Source: Escherichia coli (GTDB taxonomy: Bacteria; Pseudomonadota; Gammaproteobacteria; Enterobacterales; Enterobacteriaceae). Taken from it: DNA of 64,000 bases. This document shows, one piece after another, positions 61,938-64,000 of the stretch; within the stretch, counting starts at the first letter, position 1, and every line of letters starts with the position of its first letter. The notes beneath the pieces are model-generated. The model made no database searches and had not been told where the DNA came from. It was given only the letters and a program-made list of their open reading frames with translations. Location of the stretch: the NCBI RefSeq assembly GCF_003334335.1, contig NZ_QOWQ01000005.1; one strand, written 5' to 3'. The translations under genes and the position numbers were made by a program.

Positions 61938-61969
61938 GTCTGTAGAAAAGTAAGATGAGGAGCGAAGGC

Positions 61970-62611
61970 ATGAAACCATATCAGCGCCAGTTTATTGAAT
62001 TTGCGCTTAGCAAGCAGGTGTTAAAGTTTGGCGAGTTTACGCTGAAATCCGGGCGTAAAAGCCCCTATTTCTTCAACGCCGGGCTGTTTAATACCGGGCG
62101 CGACCTGGCACTGTTAGGCCGTTTTTACGCTGAAGCATTGGTGGACTCCGGCATTGAGTTCGATCTGCTGTTTGGCCCTGCTTACAAAGGGATCCCGATT
62201 GCCACCACAACCGCCGTGGCGTTGGCGGAGCATCATGACCTGGACCTGCCGTACTGCTTTAACCGCAAAGAGGCAAAAGACCACGGTGAAGGCGGCAATC
62301 TGGTTGGTAGCGCGTTACAAGGACGCGTAATGCTGGTAGATGATGTGATCACCGCCGGAACGGCGATTCGTGAGTCGATGGAAATTATTCAGGCCAATGG
62401 CGCGACGCTTGCTGGCGTGTTGATTTCGCTCGATCGTCAGGAACGGGGGCGCGGCGAGATTTCGGCGATTCAGGAAGTTGAGCGTGATTACAACTGCAAA
62501 GTGATCTCTATCATCACCCTGAAAGATCTGATTGCTTACCTGGAAGAGAAGCCGGAAATGGCGGAACATCTGGCGGCGGTTAAGGCCTATCGCGAAGAGT
62601 TTGGCGTTTAA
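61970..62611 (+). CDS. pyrE: Orotate phosphoribosyltransferase
   Basis: Start at [13 protein letters not shown] (213 aa). Confidence 0.95.
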
Positions 62612-62647
62612 AGAAACTCGCCGGATGAAAATTCATCCGGCGTCATA

Positions 62648-63244
62648 TTACTGCAACTGCGCGGCAATTAGCGGCCAGCGGGCGTCAAAATCATCCGTCG
62701 GGCGGTATTTAAATTCGCTGCGGACAAAACGTGACAGCATACCTTCACAGAAGGCCAGGATCTGGCTTGCCAGCAGGGTTTCATCGGTGGTGTAACCTTC
62801 ACCCTCACGCATTCTCTTTTCACGCAATACCTGGCGCAGCTGCGCTTCAATACGCTCGAACAGCTGGTTGATGCGCCCTTGCAGGCGATCCTGTTCAAAC
62901 ATTAGCGCATGACCAGTGAGGATGCGGGTCAGGCCAGGATTACGCTCACCAAAACCGAGAAGCAGCAACACAATCAGACGCAGGCGCGCTGTGGTGTCTT
63001 TCTCATCTTTCAGAATCAGATTGATGCGAGTAATCAGGCTATCTTCGATAAACTCAATCAGGCTATCGAACATGCGGGTCTTACTGGGGAAGTGGCGATA
63101 CAGTGCCGCTTCGGAAACGCCGACAGAGGCGGCCAGTTTTGCCGTCGTGATACGTTGGCTTCCATCGCTGGATTCCAGCATCAGCGCCAGAGACTGAAGT
63201 ATTTCCTCGCGACGGTTCCTTTTCGCAGTTTGTTTTTCTGCCAT
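62648..63244 (-). CDS. slmA: Nucleoid occlusion factor SlmA (TetR family)
   Basis: Start at [16 protein letters not shown] (198 aa); TetR-type HTH. Confidence 0.9.
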
Positions 63245-63350
63245 GTTACAAAATACCCCTGAAAATAAGCACTTGCCAGGCGGCACCCACGCTATGACCG
63301 CAAACGAAATGTTTGCGGCTATGTTATGACGTTATTCGGATGCGTATGTG

Positions 63351-63809
63351 TTACTGACGACCAGAGTGACCAAAGCCGCCTTCACCGCGGTCGGTGGCGT
63401 CGAAATCTTCCACCAGATTAAATTCAGCCTGTACTACCGGAACAAAAATCATCTGGGCGATGCGTTCGCCAGGTTGAATGGTGAAGCTGTCCTGACCACG
63501 GTTCCACACGGAAATCATCAACTGGCCCTGATAGTCGGAATCGATCAATCCTACCAGGTTACCAAGCACGATACCGTGCTTATGTCCCAATCCGGAGCGC
63601 GGCAGCATCATTGCCGCCAGTGAAGGATCGGCAATATGAATCGCCAGCCCGGTCGGAACCAGCGTAGTGTCACCCGGAGCCAGTTCTACGGCGTCGTCGA
63701 GACAGGCACGCAGGTCAAGTCCGGCAGAGCCAGAGGTGGCATAAGTCGGGAGCGGAAATTCCTTCCCAACGCGCGGGTCCAGAATCTTAACGTCGATTTT
63801 TTTCATCAT
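63351..63809 (-). CDS. dut: dUTP pyrophosphatase
   Basis: 152 aa [15 protein letters not shown]... Confidence 0.95.
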
Positions 63810-64000
63810 AACGGGTCACGATCTCGTCGAGTAATAATTGGCCAAGGAGCTCTTTGCGCTCAAGCGGTAAGACTTTATCTCCGTCCTGCCAGAAAAGGTG
63901 TAATGCGTTGTTGTCGCTGTTAAATCCTTGAGTTGGCTGGGAAACATCGTTCGCGCAGATCAGATCAAGGTTTTTACGGATACGTTTTTGCCGGGCGTAT
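63787..64000 (-). CDS. coaBC: Phosphopantothenoylcysteine decarboxylase/synthetase, 3' fragment
   Basis: Minus-strand frame ends ...[21 protein letters not shown]-stop, overlapping the dut start; the window ends inside the gene. Confidence 0.85.

Overview
This window reads as conserved Escherichia coli core chromosome, matching the K-12 segment from gyrB to dfp/coaBC in reverse orientation (gene names are assigned from recalled protein sequences and synteny, not from a database search). It carries about 65 protein genes: gyrB 3' end, yidB, yidA, yidX, dgoRKADT, cbrA, yidR, yidQ, ibpAB, yidE, yidP, glvC/glvG, yidLKJ, yidIHGF, emrD, tisAB/istR, ivbL-ilvBN, uhpABCT, ade, adeP, yicN, nepI, yicS, nlpA, yicL, setC, selC, yicJ, yicI, yicH, xanP, gltS, recG-trmH-spoT-rpoZ-gmk, ligB, yicG, dinD, yicC, rph, pyrE, slmA, dut and the coaBC 3' end. 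I found no integrase, transposase, IS element, CRISPR array, phage module or defence island, so I do not see an undescribed system here. The most notable content is the SOS-controlled tisAB/istR type I toxin-antitoxin locus, which is invisible in the ORF track because tisB is 29 codons; the tRNA-Sec gene selC with an unoccupied island-integration site; a decayed 6-phospho-alpha-glucosidase gene (glvG) beside an intact PTS IICB gene; and a stand-alone SPASM-like protein (YidF) near the yidJ sulfatase gene. An intact rph and an unsplit glvC suggest the source is not MG1655/W3110. CDS coordinates are anchored to the ORF track; where the annotated start is internal to a track ORF it was placed at the Met matching the recalled protein length. 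Coordinates of non-coding features are approximate to within a few nucleotides.
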